NCBI RefSeq assembly: GCF_030435755.1
Contig: NC_080843.1
Location: 68,798,485-68,862,484 of the forward strand
Source: Ochotona princeps
Lineage: Eukaryota
Length of the DNA stretch: 64,000 bases
Reading direction: 5' to 3'
Shown here: positions 48,076-59,717 of the stretch, piece by piece
Layout of the letters: each line of letters begins with the position of its first letter
How positions within the stretch are numbered: position 1 is the first letter of the stretch
The notes under the pieces: model-generated
Seen by the model: the letters and a program-made list of their open reading frames with translations, nothing else
Databases searched by the model: none
What the model was told of the DNA's origin: nothing
Program-made: the position numbers and the translations under genes

Positions 48076-48261
48076 GCTGTTCCCATGGGTGTTACCATGA
48101 TCTTTGTTTTGCTAAATTCAGAGGTCTGTTCTCAGTTCTCATCCTTCAGCATTCAACAGTGGCTCCTTCTTCCTCAAACACCCTCTTGTCTCCAAGGCAT
48201 ATGCTCAGTGCCTTAGTGGTGACATCTGGTGGCAAGGCTTTTTGTTGTCGTTGTTGTTGAT

Positions 48262-49333
48262 AATCTTTACATAGTTGATTAGGGTGCAAAGGGTCAAGGG
48301 CTAGAGGAAAGTGGGTAAGACCATTGTTATCACATTCTTTTTTTTTTTTCCCTTTTTGTATCCTGCGGAGAGATAAGGGGAAAAAGCCACACCCAGCCTC
48401 CCAACCATCCCAGGGTCCCCCTCCGAGGGTCCTGCTCAAGTTCAACACTTCTGAATTGCTGCCCATCTCACCAGTCTAAGCATGATGCAATCTCTCCAGA
48501 ATTCCCTGGCTGACATAGTCCATCTTAGAGTCTCCGTTGCCCAGATTTTCACTGCCAACCCTTGGCTGGGATAGTTGATCCATTTATTCTGTCTTCCAGC
48601 CTCTGTTCTGGTACCAGGTGTCCTTTGCAGGTTCTAATATACCATCATACCCTCCATGTACAATTGGCTATGCTGTCCACTGTTTCATTTAAACCACTGA
48701 AGAAGCCCAGCTCTGGACACAAGCATTCCACAATCAGGCCATGGACCCTGCAATTTTCTGCATGGTTTAAAGTTCTGAGTCCACTGGTTCAATTGGGGGA
48801 TCCCCAAAGAAACCTCAATGAGGCGATCCCAGACCTGATTCTTGTGTGTGTTTACCAGTACAGGGACTGGCACAACGTGTTGCCCCGATCAGCTTACATG
48901 CACACTGGTGATTACAGTTGCTGGGTCAGTTCATCTCCATCCCTATCCTCTATGCAAACTAACAGTGTTGCAGCCCAGCCCAGCCCAGCCCAGCCCAGCC
49001 CAGTTCTACCCACCACACACTCGGCCACATAAACCAGTGGGAGCTGTAGCCTAGTCAGAGTGACCCGCAATAACCCCCACCAGGCACACCCCTGCCCTGG
49101 TTCCTATGCTTGCCAACATGTACCGCAGACTGGTCCAGTCTGAGCTATATCCCATCCAGCTCTCATACATGTGAATAGACCTTGAAACCTAGTTTAACCC
49201 AACTAGCCCCAATATCCAGCCCCACTATTCAGCCACTATACCTGCTGGCAGGTGCCACTCTGTCTAGCCCCGTCTGCCCTAGCCCTGGTTCTTGTGCTCA
49301 CCAGTCGGAGTGGCAACCTGAGAGGGAGGTGCC
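48262..49333 (+). repeat. Same unclassified repeat family, copy 4. The 3' end abuts the P2RX5 retrocopy. It contains a (CAGCC)6 run at 48971-49003.
   Basis: tacatagttgattagggtgcaaagggtcaagg… through …ggagtggcaacctgagagggaggtgcc is colinear with 29545-30720 and 39272-40390. Confidence 0.75.
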
Positions 49334-49379
49334 AGTGGCGAGGCTTTTAAAAAATGAATGGAGTTGGGAGCCGTGGCTC

Positions 49380-50350
49380 CCGGTTCCCCTAGGGAGGGCA
49401 GGCGGGCCGCGACTCCCCGTGCCGCACATTAGGGCCCCGGTACGCAGGCCTGGCTGGGGCGGCTCCATGGACTGCAGGGCGCTCTGCCTGTCCCTCCTGG
49501 ACTACAAAACCGAGAAGTACGTGGTGGCCAAGAACAGGAAGGTGGGCTTGCTGTACAGGCTGCTGCAGCTCTGCGTCCTGCTGTACTTGCTCATATGGGT
49601 GTTCCTGGTCAAGAAGGGCTACCAGGATTGGACACCTTGCTGCAGACTGCTGTGGTCACCAAAGTCAAGGGCGTGGTCTACACCAATACCTCGGAGCTCG
49701 GGGTGCGGCTCTGGGATGCCACGGACTATGTCATACCGCCCCAGGGAGAAAATGTCTTCTTCATCATCACCAACCTGATTGTGACCCCCCACCAGCGGCA
49801 GGGCACCTGTGCTGAGGAGTGAAGACTGGCCGCTGCCTGCGAGCAGGGAATTCAACCCAGGGCACCTGTGAGATCTTCACCTGGTGTCCAGTGGAGACCA
49901 AGTCCGTGCCCAGGAAGCCACTGCTGGGGGATGCTGAAGACTTCACTGTTTATATAAAGAACTTCACCCGCTTCCCCAGATTCAACTTCTCCAAGACGAG
50001 CGTGGACACGGACAAGGCGCTGCTGAAATCCTGTCACTTTGGCCCCAACAACCTCTAGTGCCCCATCTTCCATGTGTGCTCTGTGCCCCGCTGGGCGGGG
50101 AGCACCTGTGAGGACATAGCCCTGGAGGGCGGTGTGATCAGCATTCACATTGATTGGAACCATGCTCTGAATGCAACCCTCACTACTCTTTCAGCCGTCT
50201 GGACCACAGCTTTACAAAGTCCATATCCTCAGGGTACAACTTCAGGTTGTAAACTGGGAAGGGGAAGCTCTGCCCCACAGTGGCCTCAGCGACCCAGCTC
50301 CCTGCCTGCTGGACAGCTTTAACCTAAGTGCTAATGAGGTCAAGGATCAA
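49380..50350 (+). pseudogene. P2RX5: P2RX5 (P2X purinoceptor 5) processed pseudogene. Intronless, with a frameshift near 49606. An exon-3-sized block of ~26 codons is missing at 49809/49822. A further block is missing near 50250. The 3' end is decayed.
   Basis: ORF 49182..49778 ([34 protein letters not shown]…[11 protein letters not shown]), ORF 49595..49822 ([63 protein letters not shown]) and ORF 49819..50058 (KTGRCL…GTCEIFTWCP…CHFGP) match human P2X5 in order with no introns. It lies in CENPJ intron 1. Confidence 0.8.
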
Positions 50351-52094
50351 GGTGGTACTCACTCAACAAGTGGGACCAGTTGATGGAGGGGCGACAAGAC
50401 TGTTCTGGGGGCCCTCTGCTTTTTCCAGCTCAGTGGGAAAGAGGAGCTTCCAGGATTCCCTGCACAGAGCGTCATGCTCCGGCTCGGCCTGCCCACCTTG
50501 GGTCTTCCTGACGACCGAGAAATGCCTTTGGGCGCACTGTGGCCGGTGGGAGACTACACTGGGTGCGGTCACTGTGACATCACAGGGCCCCACAGGACGG
50601 ACTGGCCCCTGCTGCTCCCTGCCCCACCCAACTCCTCCTTTCTCATTGGGATCGTGGCCTTCAAAGACAAGGGGGCACCCAGCATTCCTGCACCATCTCA
50701 CGGGAATGGTGTCTCCATGTGTCTGGGAAAGGAGTCCGTTCCGTTCCAAACCACACCCTTCCCCTTGTGGAAACTGCTCCAGGGGACGTCACCTTACCTC
50801 TCTGCCTGCCTGCCCTGAAGCCAGTGCAGCCCTCACAGGGGGGAAGATGGCTAACTCCTTCTGGGACCTGCCCAACACGGACTGTCTTTGCTACTTAAGA
50901 GGAACGTCTTATTGTCTGAGGATTAAGACTTTATAATCACCTGAGATTGTTAATGTCCCTCTTATCACTGTTATCGTTACTGCCCATAAATAATGAGGAT
51001 CTAGTCCTCACTGTACCTTCGTTAGGGCTTTGGGACACAGGCTGACATTTATTCCTGTGCGAAGATGCTGGACACTCCTTTTCATCACCCTAAAGCCACA
51101 CTGATACCTCTGTTATGTTCATTAAGCTCATGTGGGTGAAGGTTCAACATCTTCTTCTTCCTCTTCTCCCATGGTGAACTGTACTCAAGGGAGTGCGTCA
51201 TGGAACTGTAACAGAAATTAATATGTTCATAGGTGCAAATAAAAATAAGTCCTCTTGCATGCACCACAAGAATGGACTCACAACAAAATGACTGACAATC
51301 TCCTACACTGTTGGGAGACACCCCAGTGGCAGCAGGATGGGCTTGTGCTAATTCACAAAAGACACCCATTGTAAGCCTGGAGGGGAGGGAGGGAGACCCC
51401 AGTGCCAGCTAACCTTCATCAAAAAATAGAAAAACTAAAGATGTTCCTCTTAAAAAAAAATGAATGAATGAATGAATTTTTTTGATCTGCTGATTCATTC
51501 CCCAAATGACTGTAGCAGCCAGGATGGGCCCAGACTGAAGCCAGGAGCCTGGAGCTCCATTGGGATCTGCTGGTTGAGTAGCAGGGGACCAAGTACTGGA
51601 GTCTTTCTTTGTTTCTGTCGCAGGTGCATTAGCAGGGAGCTGGATCGGAAGTGGAGCATCACCTTGAGCCAGCAGTCATAGGATGCAGCCCACAGGCACA
51701 TGGCTGTAAATGTTGCTCCTGTGCTAGGGATGCCCGGATTGATGCTCTGCAGCTTTGATGTCTTCTGTGGATTCTATTCTGCTGCAGCCATTAAAATACC
51801 TGTGCTCGGGTGTGCAATAAGTATCTTAAATTGCCTGCAATTAAACTCTTGTGAAAACATTAAGGAAATATTTCAGACAGAGCTATGGAGAGATTGGAGC
51901 TGAGATGGAGTGAGCATGAGTGCTACCATAGGCTGGTGCTTTGCACATGTCTATTGGCTAGGGTCTACCTTGATTCATGTTTCCCACGTAGGTGGTGAGA
52001 AGACAGTTACTGGGGTCGCCCCTGCTGCCTCCTGGGAGTGTGCAGTGGGAAGCTGGGGCAGGAAATCCAGCCCAGACGCTGTGTGTGAGTACTG

Positions 52095-52445
52095 GGTGTC
52101 TTTTTTTTTTTTTTTTTTTAAAGATTTTTTTCATTATTATTGGAAAGCCAGATATACAGAGAGGAGGAGAGACAGAGAGGAAGATCTTCCATCCGATATT
52201 TCACTCCCCAAGTGAGCTGCAACGGGCCGGTGCGCGCCAATCCGATGCCGGGAACCAGGAACCTCTACCCGGTCTCCCACGCGGGTGCAGGGTCCCAAAG
52301 CTTTGGGTCATCCTCGACTGCTTTCCCAGGCCACAAGCAGGGAGCTGGATGGGAAGTGGAGCTGCGGGGATTAGAACCGGCGCTCATATGGGATCCCGGT
52401 GCGTTTAAGGTGAGGACTTTAGCCGCTAGGCCACGCCGCCGGGCC
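52095..52445 (-). mobile_element. SINE (C-repeat), near-consensus
   Basis: Poly-T at 52095-52117 …ggaaagccagatatacagagaggaggagagacagagaggaagatcttccatccgatatttcactccccaag…gccacgccgccgggccc. Confidence 0.95.
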
Positions 52446-53374
52446 CAAGTACTGGGTGTCTTCACCAGCAGGCACCTGCCTGCCCTCCTGAATTCATCTT
52501 GGTGTGTGTTATTGTCCCGCACCTGTTTCCCCCTCAGTCTTCCTCATGTCAGTAAATGACAGTTCTGTTTTTCCAGTGGGTCAGCAGGGAAATGTTGGAG
52601 AATGAAGTGTGGGAGGTGAGAGAGGAGGGACATTTGGTGTTACAGGCTGATCATAAGAGATTCAAAATTGCTTTTAGGAACAGCGTGGAAGAATACCATA
52701 TCAGAACCGTACACTATCACAGAAATAATTGGATGTTGGAGTTTTTATACTCTAAGAGTATTAAGAGCGGGGGACTTCTGTGGTTTCTGGTGTAGGATTA
52801 CTTACCTGGATTAATTCTGCAGAAGTCTAGGTAGGGAGTCGTCGTGACGCTGGGTCCCAGAGGACCGTGGCACTGATGGGATTCTCCTGCAGGTGAGCTG
52901 GTCCTGCTCCGCCCTTGGGAGCTGCAGAGCCCAGGCCGTCTCCTGCAGCCAGCCTTTAGTGTCACGGGCAAGGACTTCTGTCCACCTGGTCTTGCTTGCA
53001 GCCCTCCTCCCTGACGCTGCTGTTGTCCCCCGAGCGCTAGTTACTGTTCTACGTACTGTATCATTTTTGTGTTTTCCCCATTGCTAGATTTTAGCGCCTA
53101 TAACAATATCTGGCACGGAGTAAGAACCCCACCGATGGTTGTTGAGTAATATCTGACGTGGTACAGGGAGGCGCTTATCTTCCCCTGACGTCTGACTGAA
53201 GAGCACTCACTCCTCTTGATGGAGTTCCTCGGAAGATTTTGAAGTCTGAGAACCCAGACACAGTAGCTGTCCTGTGGCAGGAGCCGGTGTAATTTTATTG
53301 TTGAGTGTTGAATGAACACTGAACACAGACAGCTTCTTACAGTGCTATATTTAGTTTTCAAGCCAATCTTTTTT

Positions 53375-53710
53375 TTTTTTTTTTAAGATTTATTTATTTT
53401 TATTACAAAGTCAGATATAGAGAGAGGAGGAGAGACAGAGAGGAAGAACTTCCGTCCGATGATTCACTCCCCAAGTGAGCCGCAATGGCTGGTGCTGTGT
53501 CGATCCGAAGCCGGGAACCTGGAACTTCTTCCAGGTCTCCCACGCGGGTGCAGGGTCCCAAGGCATTGGGCCGTCCTCGACTGCTTTCCCAGGCCACAAG
53601 CAGGGAGCTGGATGGGAAGTGGAGCTGCCGGGATTGGAACCAGTGTCCATATGGGATCCCGGGGCGTTCAAGGCAAGGACTTTAGCCGCTAGGACACGCC
53701 GCTGGGCCTG
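53375..53710 (-). mobile_element. SINE (C-repeat), near-consensus
   Basis: ttttttttttttttttaagatttatttatttttattacaaagtcagatatagagagaggaggag…ctaggacacgccgctgggcc. Confidence 0.95.
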
Positions 53711-53984
53711 TGATTTATTTTTTCAGTTGATTTTGGAAAATGTTCCCACTCTCAGCCAAGTGTGAGTCCGGGCAGTGGTGGACATGCAGGTATCTTCAGG
53801 ACGCTCCGTGGCTCGGTAGAATATGAGCTTGAGAGCAGGATACCCCGTGTCAGTCAGGGAAGGGCTGCAATAGTGATGCCAAAGCCCTCTGGCAATATAG
53901 ATGAGTCTGTCTGATGATGAGGAGTTAGGAGAAAAATGGGGCGTGAAGGAACAGGAAACACTGCTACAGAAAGCTAGGGGAGAG

Positions 53985-54300
53985 GGCCTGGCGCGATAAC
54001 CTAGCGGCTAAAGTCCTTGCCTTCAACACACCCGGATCCCATATGAACACTGATTCATATCCCGGTGGCCCTGCTTCCCATCCAGCTCCCTGCTCGTGGC
54101 CTGGGAAAGCAGTGGAGGACGGCCCAGAACCTTGGGACCCTGCACCTGCCTGGGAGACCCAGAAGAAGCTTGTGGCTCCTGGCTTTGGATCGACTCAGTT
54201 CCAGTTGTTATGGCCGCTTGGGGAGTGAATCATCGGACGAAAGATCTGTCCGTCCTTCTCTCTGTAAATCTGCCTTTCCAATAAAAAAAGATCTTTAGAA
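53985..54300 (+). mobile_element. SINE (C-repeat)
   Basis: gggcctggcgcgataacctagcggctaaagtccttgccttcaacacacccggatcccatatgaacactg…. Confidence 0.9.
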
Positions 54301-54379
54301 AGAAAGCCTAATTAAAAAAATTAGGGAGAAAGTGAGTACTTTCAGTGGCTTTTTTTTTTGATAGTGGCTTTTTTAAGAA

Positions 54380-54640
54380 AAATGTTTATTCATTTCAATA
54401 GCAAAGAGATCTTCTGTGCACTGGTTTACTCCCCCAAATCCTTGCAGCAGCCCGGGCTAAGCCAGGGGAAGCCATGTGACTCTTCCACTTGGATAGCGGG
54501 GCCCCAAGCACTCTTCAGGCGCATCATCCTGGACTGGAAGCAGATCAGCCGGTACTCAAGCTGGTACTCCGACGTGGGAAGCTGGACTTGCATGTGGGGC
54601 TCATCGTGCTGTGACTCGTGGCCAGTGGTGGCTTTTTGAA
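54380..54640 (-). mobile_element. SINE fragment (diverged)
   Basis: …agcaaagagatcttctgtgcactggtttactcccccaaatccttgcagcagcccggg…. Confidence 0.45.
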
Positions 54641-54764
54641 AATTCAGCAACTTTTAAGGTGTTTTAGGTCAACTGATTTAGCACTTGCATAATATCATTA
54701 TACAGTTGGATGATTAGGTGTGGAGGAATTAAACATTTTTGAAGGAGGAATTTTTTTTCTTTTT

Positions 54765-55105
54765 CAAGATTTATTCTCTTTTTGAAAAAGATTTATTTTT
54801 ATTGGAAAGTCAGATATTCAGAGAGGAGGAGAGACAGAGGAAAATCTTCTCTCCGATGATTCACCCTCAAATTGGCCGCAACAGCTGGTGCTGCGCCAAT
54901 CCGAAGCCAGGACTCAGGAGCCTCTTCCAGGTCTCCCACGCGGGTGCAGGGTCCCAAGACTTTGGGCCGTCCTCAACTGTTTTCCCAGGCCACAAGCAGG
55001 GAGCTGGATGGGGAGTGGGGCCTCCAGGATTAGAATCAGGGTCCATATGGGATCCCGGTGTGCTTGCAAGGTGAGGACTTCAGCCGCTAGGCTACCGCGC
55101 CAGGC
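54765..55105 (-). mobile_element. SINE (C-repeat), ending ~260 bp upstream of the CENPJ ATG exon
   Basis: …ggaaagtcagatattcagagaggaggagagacagaggaaaatcttctctccgatgattcaccc…cagccgctaggctaccgcgccaggccc. Confidence 0.9.
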
Positions 55106-55365
55106 CCATAGAAGGAATTTAAAATTTTTGATCTGCTGTCTTTGGACATCTTGAACGTCAAAATAAACCCTTAATGCTTAGTGCTTGGTTGATTTGCTGA
55201 TTCAAGGCTTTTCTATATGAAATACTGATGAAATTTTCACACGAGATTGAAGTTTGTGTTAGTTTTGGGTAGAATATGTAGTAGTTGTAACAGTTTTTGT
55301 GTCTGTCTTTGTTTCTAGGTGTTGGAAATCGACCTCTCTAGCTTTTACATTATTTATTGTAATAG

Positions 55366-55821
55366 CATCACCGCACTGAAATGTTCCTGACACCGGCCTC
55401 CGAGTTAAGCAGTGGGCAGAACTTCCTAAGCCAGTGGATGACCAATCCTTCCCGGGCTGGGGTCATATTAAACCGTGGCTTTCCTGTGTTGGAAGCTGAT
55501 GAAGAGAAGCGAACAAGTGAAGACATCTGTGCCAGTTTTCCTGTTAAAGCCACGCGACTCTCAGACAGCTTCAGCTTTGTCGGCGAAGGAGAGCCCCTTT
55601 ACGGAGAGCAGCAGCTGGACTCGAGCGGCACTCGCAGACCGCAGGCAGACACGCCCGAAGCCCGCACCGTCTTCCCCTCAATCAAGAAGGGACCGCAAGG
55701 GGTGGTTTGTCAGGATGTCTGCAGATCCCAGGAGGATGGCAAAAGTGACTTTATTTCAGCCCTTGGGAGTGAATTCAGAGAAGTGGCTTATAAAGACCCA
55801 CTTTTGAAAAAGCTGGAACAG
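55366..55821 (+). CDS. CENPJ: CENPJ ATG exon (ATG at 55381): [44 protein letters not shown]…[12 protein letters not shown]
   Basis: ORF 55381..55830. The N-terminus matches my recollection of human CENPJ/CPAP ([45 protein letters not shown]…). Acceptor ttattgtaatag|C. Donor GAACAG|GTGCAG, ending in phase 0. Confidence 0.75.
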
Positions 55822-56330
55822 GTGCAGTAGAACCTGGCTTTGTGTGGATTTGTGTCACTGGGGGTTTCCGTTTGAGGCGGAGATCATCTCTGCAACCTCT
55901 TGGTGGTCTTTCCGGTTTACTCTGCAGTTCTCCAAGTACTAGTCTTTGCCTTTGATCTAACGTGAAGCATTAAAATGTGTTTCATGTGTGAGAGAGGCAT
56001 GCATCCTAAACTGAAAATGAATTCATGGCTTTAAGTTGCTACCTCATTTGGGAAGAACTAAAGAGTCAATTGATCAGTTATTAAAGAAAAAGTGATGATA
56101 CCTTGATACCTGTTGTATTTGAGGAATCAAAAGATTCAAATGGCTTTGAACGTATTTTTTAGTTGGTACTGATTTCTGGGATAAGCAAGTGGGATTTTTA
56201 GAGTCCTGAAGACAGATTTAGTTCCTGAAGGATTGGTTTCTGGATCTCTGTAACGGGGAGGCTGTGTGTGGGCTGGGGGTCTGTGAGGTGACGCATGGCT
56301 GGTGTAACAAGTTAATTGTGTGCTGAGCAG

Positions 56331-56454
56331 CTCAAGGAGGTGCAGCAGAAGAAGCAGGAGCAGCTGAAGAAGCAGCAGCTGGAGCAGCTGCAGCGACTGG
56401 TGGAGGAGCAGGAGAAGCTGCTCAGCATGGTGCCGGGGCCCCGCACGCTGCCTG
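56331..56454 (+). CDS. CENPJ: CENPJ exon: [41 protein letters not shown](A)
   Basis: Acceptor tgctgagcag|CTC. Donor CCTG|GTACGT. Matches human [42 protein letters not shown]. The frame continues from the previous exon. Confidence 0.75.
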
Positions 56455-57904
56455 GTACGTGTCCACACACAGCCTTCCGCAGCACCCCGAGACGCAGTGG
56501 CAGGTGCTTCTGGTCTTTTATTGCTTCACACGTTGTTTCTACCATTCCTCCAACCTTTAGGGAGCGGGCAGGTATGCAGCAAGGGGCTAGGGACTCAGTC
56601 TGAGCCTCCTGTGTGTGACAGGGAGCCAGCTGCTCGGCTCATCACCTGCTGTCTCGCGGGATGCGCATTCGCAGGAAGCTGGAATTGGAAGCAGAACTGG
56701 GACATAACCTGGGCTGTTTCCAAGTGGGTTGGAGGCATCGCTGAGCTGCATCTTAACGGCTCTGCTAAAGGCCTGTCCCAACGCTGCTTTTTTTTAACAG
56801 ACACAGCTCACTGGCTCAAGAAAGTACCTATTCTGTCCAGAGCGTGCACTTGGCATTGAGAACACAGCAGAGACATGACACCAGTCAATACATGTGCACA
56901 GTGTGGCTGGATGGGAGCCAGAGGGGAGCAGTGAAGAGAAACTGAAGGAAGGGAGGTTTTAGCAAACTTGGATGCTTTGAGAATACAGGGCAGATGGTGA
57001 ATATATGCTTAGAGAATATAGAGAATGTGTGAATCTGAAAATCCAGAATGAAATGCTCCAAACATTTGACACAAAGATGCTGAAAGAGAAGTTTGCTGTT
57101 TTGCTTTTGCAACGTTTTTTATAAAGGTAATTTTGACCTGGTAGGTGCCCGGAAAAGGTCATTGAGACCTCCATAGGTTTGTAGAATGACCTTTGAGCAC
57201 AGCTGCTTTCGGACATTTTTTTTTTTGCCAAAGACCTCTTCAAGCTGAAGCGAGATGTATGTTTTCCACCTATTTGTGTTTTAAAATTTTATTTGTTTAA
57301 AAGGGATGGACAGATACAGGGGTGCGAAGAAGCCAGCAGTTGAGTGTGGGTCTTGAGCCATTATCTTCTGCCTTCCATGTGGGGGCGTTAGCGGGAGGGT
57401 GGGGTGATGAGTGGGGCGGGACTCCAGCCCTGGACGCCGGCATCCTGAGCACTGGCTTCATCCCCTATTGAGGATGTTTAAATGGGGCTGCGTGCTTGCT
57501 GCTGTTGTGCAGGGAAGGTTATGGCTGACACTCAGAATGGCCCTAGCTCATCTTCTACTTTTGTTTGTGTGCCAGAGATTAGGTGTCTAGTGCTGGGGAC
57601 AGTGGCAGTTTTGACAGTACTTCCCAATATGTCTTCACATCCAGATTTAGTGATTTCTGGAGAGAGAGGGGGCTGGCAACTGGGTTTCAGTGGCTGCCAC
57701 AGCAGGCGGGGTGGCTAGCGTGCCATCTTTCTGTTAAGGAGTTTAGAAACATCGAACAGGGGACCTCTGTTGGGTTCTTTCTAAAGCAGAGACATAGGAA
57801 ACAAATCAGACGAAAAAACAAAACAAACAAAAAAACCCGGGATGTTTAGAGGCCAGAGCAAGTCACCTGCGGTGCGATGTGAGAACTAGATTTTAAGAGC
57901 GGTT

Positions 57905-58058
57905 GGGGGCTTGGCAGTGTGGCCTAGTGGCTAAGGTCCTTGCCTTGATCCCATATGGCCGCTGGTTCTAATCCTGGCAGCTCCACTTCCTCTCTGTCTC
58001 TCCTCCGCTCAGTATATCTGACTTTGTAATAAAAATAAAATAAATCTTAAAAAAAAAG
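57905..58058 (+). mobile_element. SINE (C-repeat) with a large internal deletion
   Basis: gggggcttggcagtgtggcctagtggctaaggtccttgccttgatcccatatggccgctggttctaatcctggcagctccacttcc|tctctgtctctcctccgctcagtatatctgactttgtaataaaaataaaataaatcttaaaaaaaaa. Confidence 0.85.
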
Positions 58059-58409
58059 AGCGGTTGGAAGGGGAGTGTACTTTTCCAGGCACATGCTATT
58101 GAGATAACTGTGCCTGGTGCCACGTGGAGGGCTGTAGGTTGCCAGCTGCTGTGAAGCCTGCTGTGGCAGCTGCAGCTCTGTCCTCCACGTTCTGGTTGCG
58201 TGGGAAGTATCCTGTAAGTGTGCTCTCACTTGAAATTATGTGAAGTTCACCATGGAACCTGAAAATTTCATGATTTGGTGAAGCCTCTTTTCCTACTATG
58301 AAAAATATACTTGGAGAAGTCTGTGCAGGGTGGGAGTGGGCATGGGGGTGGAATGCTAGGCAGATGTTGTAGTAAAATGTTAACTTTTTTGGTGTTCTTT
58401 AATTGTAAG

Positions 58410-58691
58410 CTTTACTGCCTGATGAGCAGAACCAGAAGTGCGGTTCGCCAGGACATCCAGTGGCCAGAGAGAAGACCGTGCCCTTTTTACCATCTTACCT
58501 CTTCTCGAACCAAGCCCAGGACAACGCTCACGCTTGCAGCATTTTACCTGATGACCACATCAGCTCGTGTACCCAGCAGGATGCCTCCGCCTCCCGAAGC
58601 GCTTCTCCGGGTTGGTTCTATGAGGCGCAGGGTCCAGACGCGCTCGTGAAAAGCGACGCAGGGGAGGAAGGGCAGAACCGTGCGGCAGGTG
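58410..58691 (+). CDS. CENPJ: CENPJ exon: (A)LLPDEQNQKCGSPGHPVAREKTVPFLPSYLFSNQAQDNAHACSILPDDHISSCTQQDASASRSASPGWFYEAQGPDALVKSDAGEEGQNRAAG(G)
   Basis: This is the only acceptor (ctttaattgtaag|CT) that restores phase 1→ORF after the in-frame stop at 58406. Donor GTG|GTGAGT. It resembles human LSLLPDDQSQKHRSPG…, a weaker recollection. The donor could instead be 3 bp upstream (CAG|GTGGTG) without changing the phase. Confidence 0.55.
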
Positions 58692-59149
58692 GTGAGTCCC
58701 GGTGCTGAACTCACAGGGTTACCAGGTGGCCTCAGATAGGAGAAGCCCTTTGTGACATTTTTCCCCCATCTTGTAATCGTGATATGTCACGTGCCTCATC
58801 GCTGCTGAGTTGGAATTGAGTTCAAAGCTATGCTAGGATTTGTCTTGCTAGAAACACCGTGGGCTCAGGCGCCTTGGGATGCCCGTATCTCATACCGGGT
58901 TGCCAGTTTGCTTGCTGGCTGCTCTGTCTGCAGTACGGCTTCCTGCTAAAGCACCCGTGATGGCACGTCTTCTGTGCTGGACACTACAAAGCTCTTCCTC
59001 GCTCCTGGCTTCCCGCTGGCCCAGTCCAACCCTGGGTATTAAAACGCTGAGCAGTGAACTTGCAGATTAAAGATCTCTGTTTCTGTTTTCTTCTTCCCTT
59101 TCTCTGTCACTACCTTTCAAATAAATAGATAACATTTCTCTTTTTAAGG

Positions 59150-59325
59150 GAAGCAGTAGTCTACACGTGCCCCTCCTGGCACCACGTGGGAGACCCGGAA
59201 GAAGCCCTGCTCCGGCCGTTGTGGCCATGTGGAGAGTGAACCAGCAAGCTGCAAAGCTCTCCCTCCGTCCTCTCCTTCTCTCTCTAAACCTACCTTCCAA
59301 ATAAAATAAATACATCTTAAAAAAA
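59150..59325 (+). mobile_element. SINE fragment (C-repeat 3' half)
   Basis: …cacgtgggagacccggaagaagccctgctccggccgttgtggccatgtggagagtgaaccagcaag…aaataaaataaatacatcttaaaaaaa. Confidence 0.7.
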
Positions 59326-59617
59326 TGAAACCCCATATAAGCCAAAAAAACCCCAAAAAGACTCTTTAAAACTTTCTTACTCTAGAAAAGCCTTTACTTT
59401 TCTCCCCCATGGCGTTATCTTTTGAAGAATATCAAGTGTCTTTATTGAGTTTTATGGTTTTTATGTATTAAAGAAATGCTTTAGCATTCTAAAATTGTTG
59501 GCATACATGATTATTAATTACATTTATAGTTGTAGCTTAGTAAGTTGTGAAGTTCCTATGCTTCAAGCCTTTCATCTGCCTTTGTTGGACTGCGTTGTTT
59601 CTTAATTTGTATCTTAG

Positions 59618-59717
59618 GAGAAGGTGTTTTATCAATGACGGAACAGATTCTGGGACAGAGTGACATGACTTTTAAGAAAATCGATGATTCCTCCGAAGTC
59701 TTGAATATCGAAGAAAG
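59618..59717 (+). CDS. CENPJ: CENPJ exon: (G)EGVLSMTEQILGQSDMTFKKIDDSSEVLNIEE(R)
   Basis: Acceptor tgtatcttag|GAG. Donor GAAAG|GTATAAGT. Open in the required phase (1→2). No protein-level confirmation from memory. Confidence 0.5.

Noticed and set aside
49380-50350. The P2RX5-like sequence considered as a functional gene
   Set aside because: It has no introns. There is a frameshift between the exon-1 and exon-2 equivalents. Exon-sized internal gaps are present. Stops appear soon after. It is a processed pseudogene.
52556-52795. 79-aa ORF (MTVLFFQWVSREMLENEVWEV…) in CENPJ intron 1
   Set aside because: No splice context, no recognisable homology, and intronic. It is likely a chance ORF.
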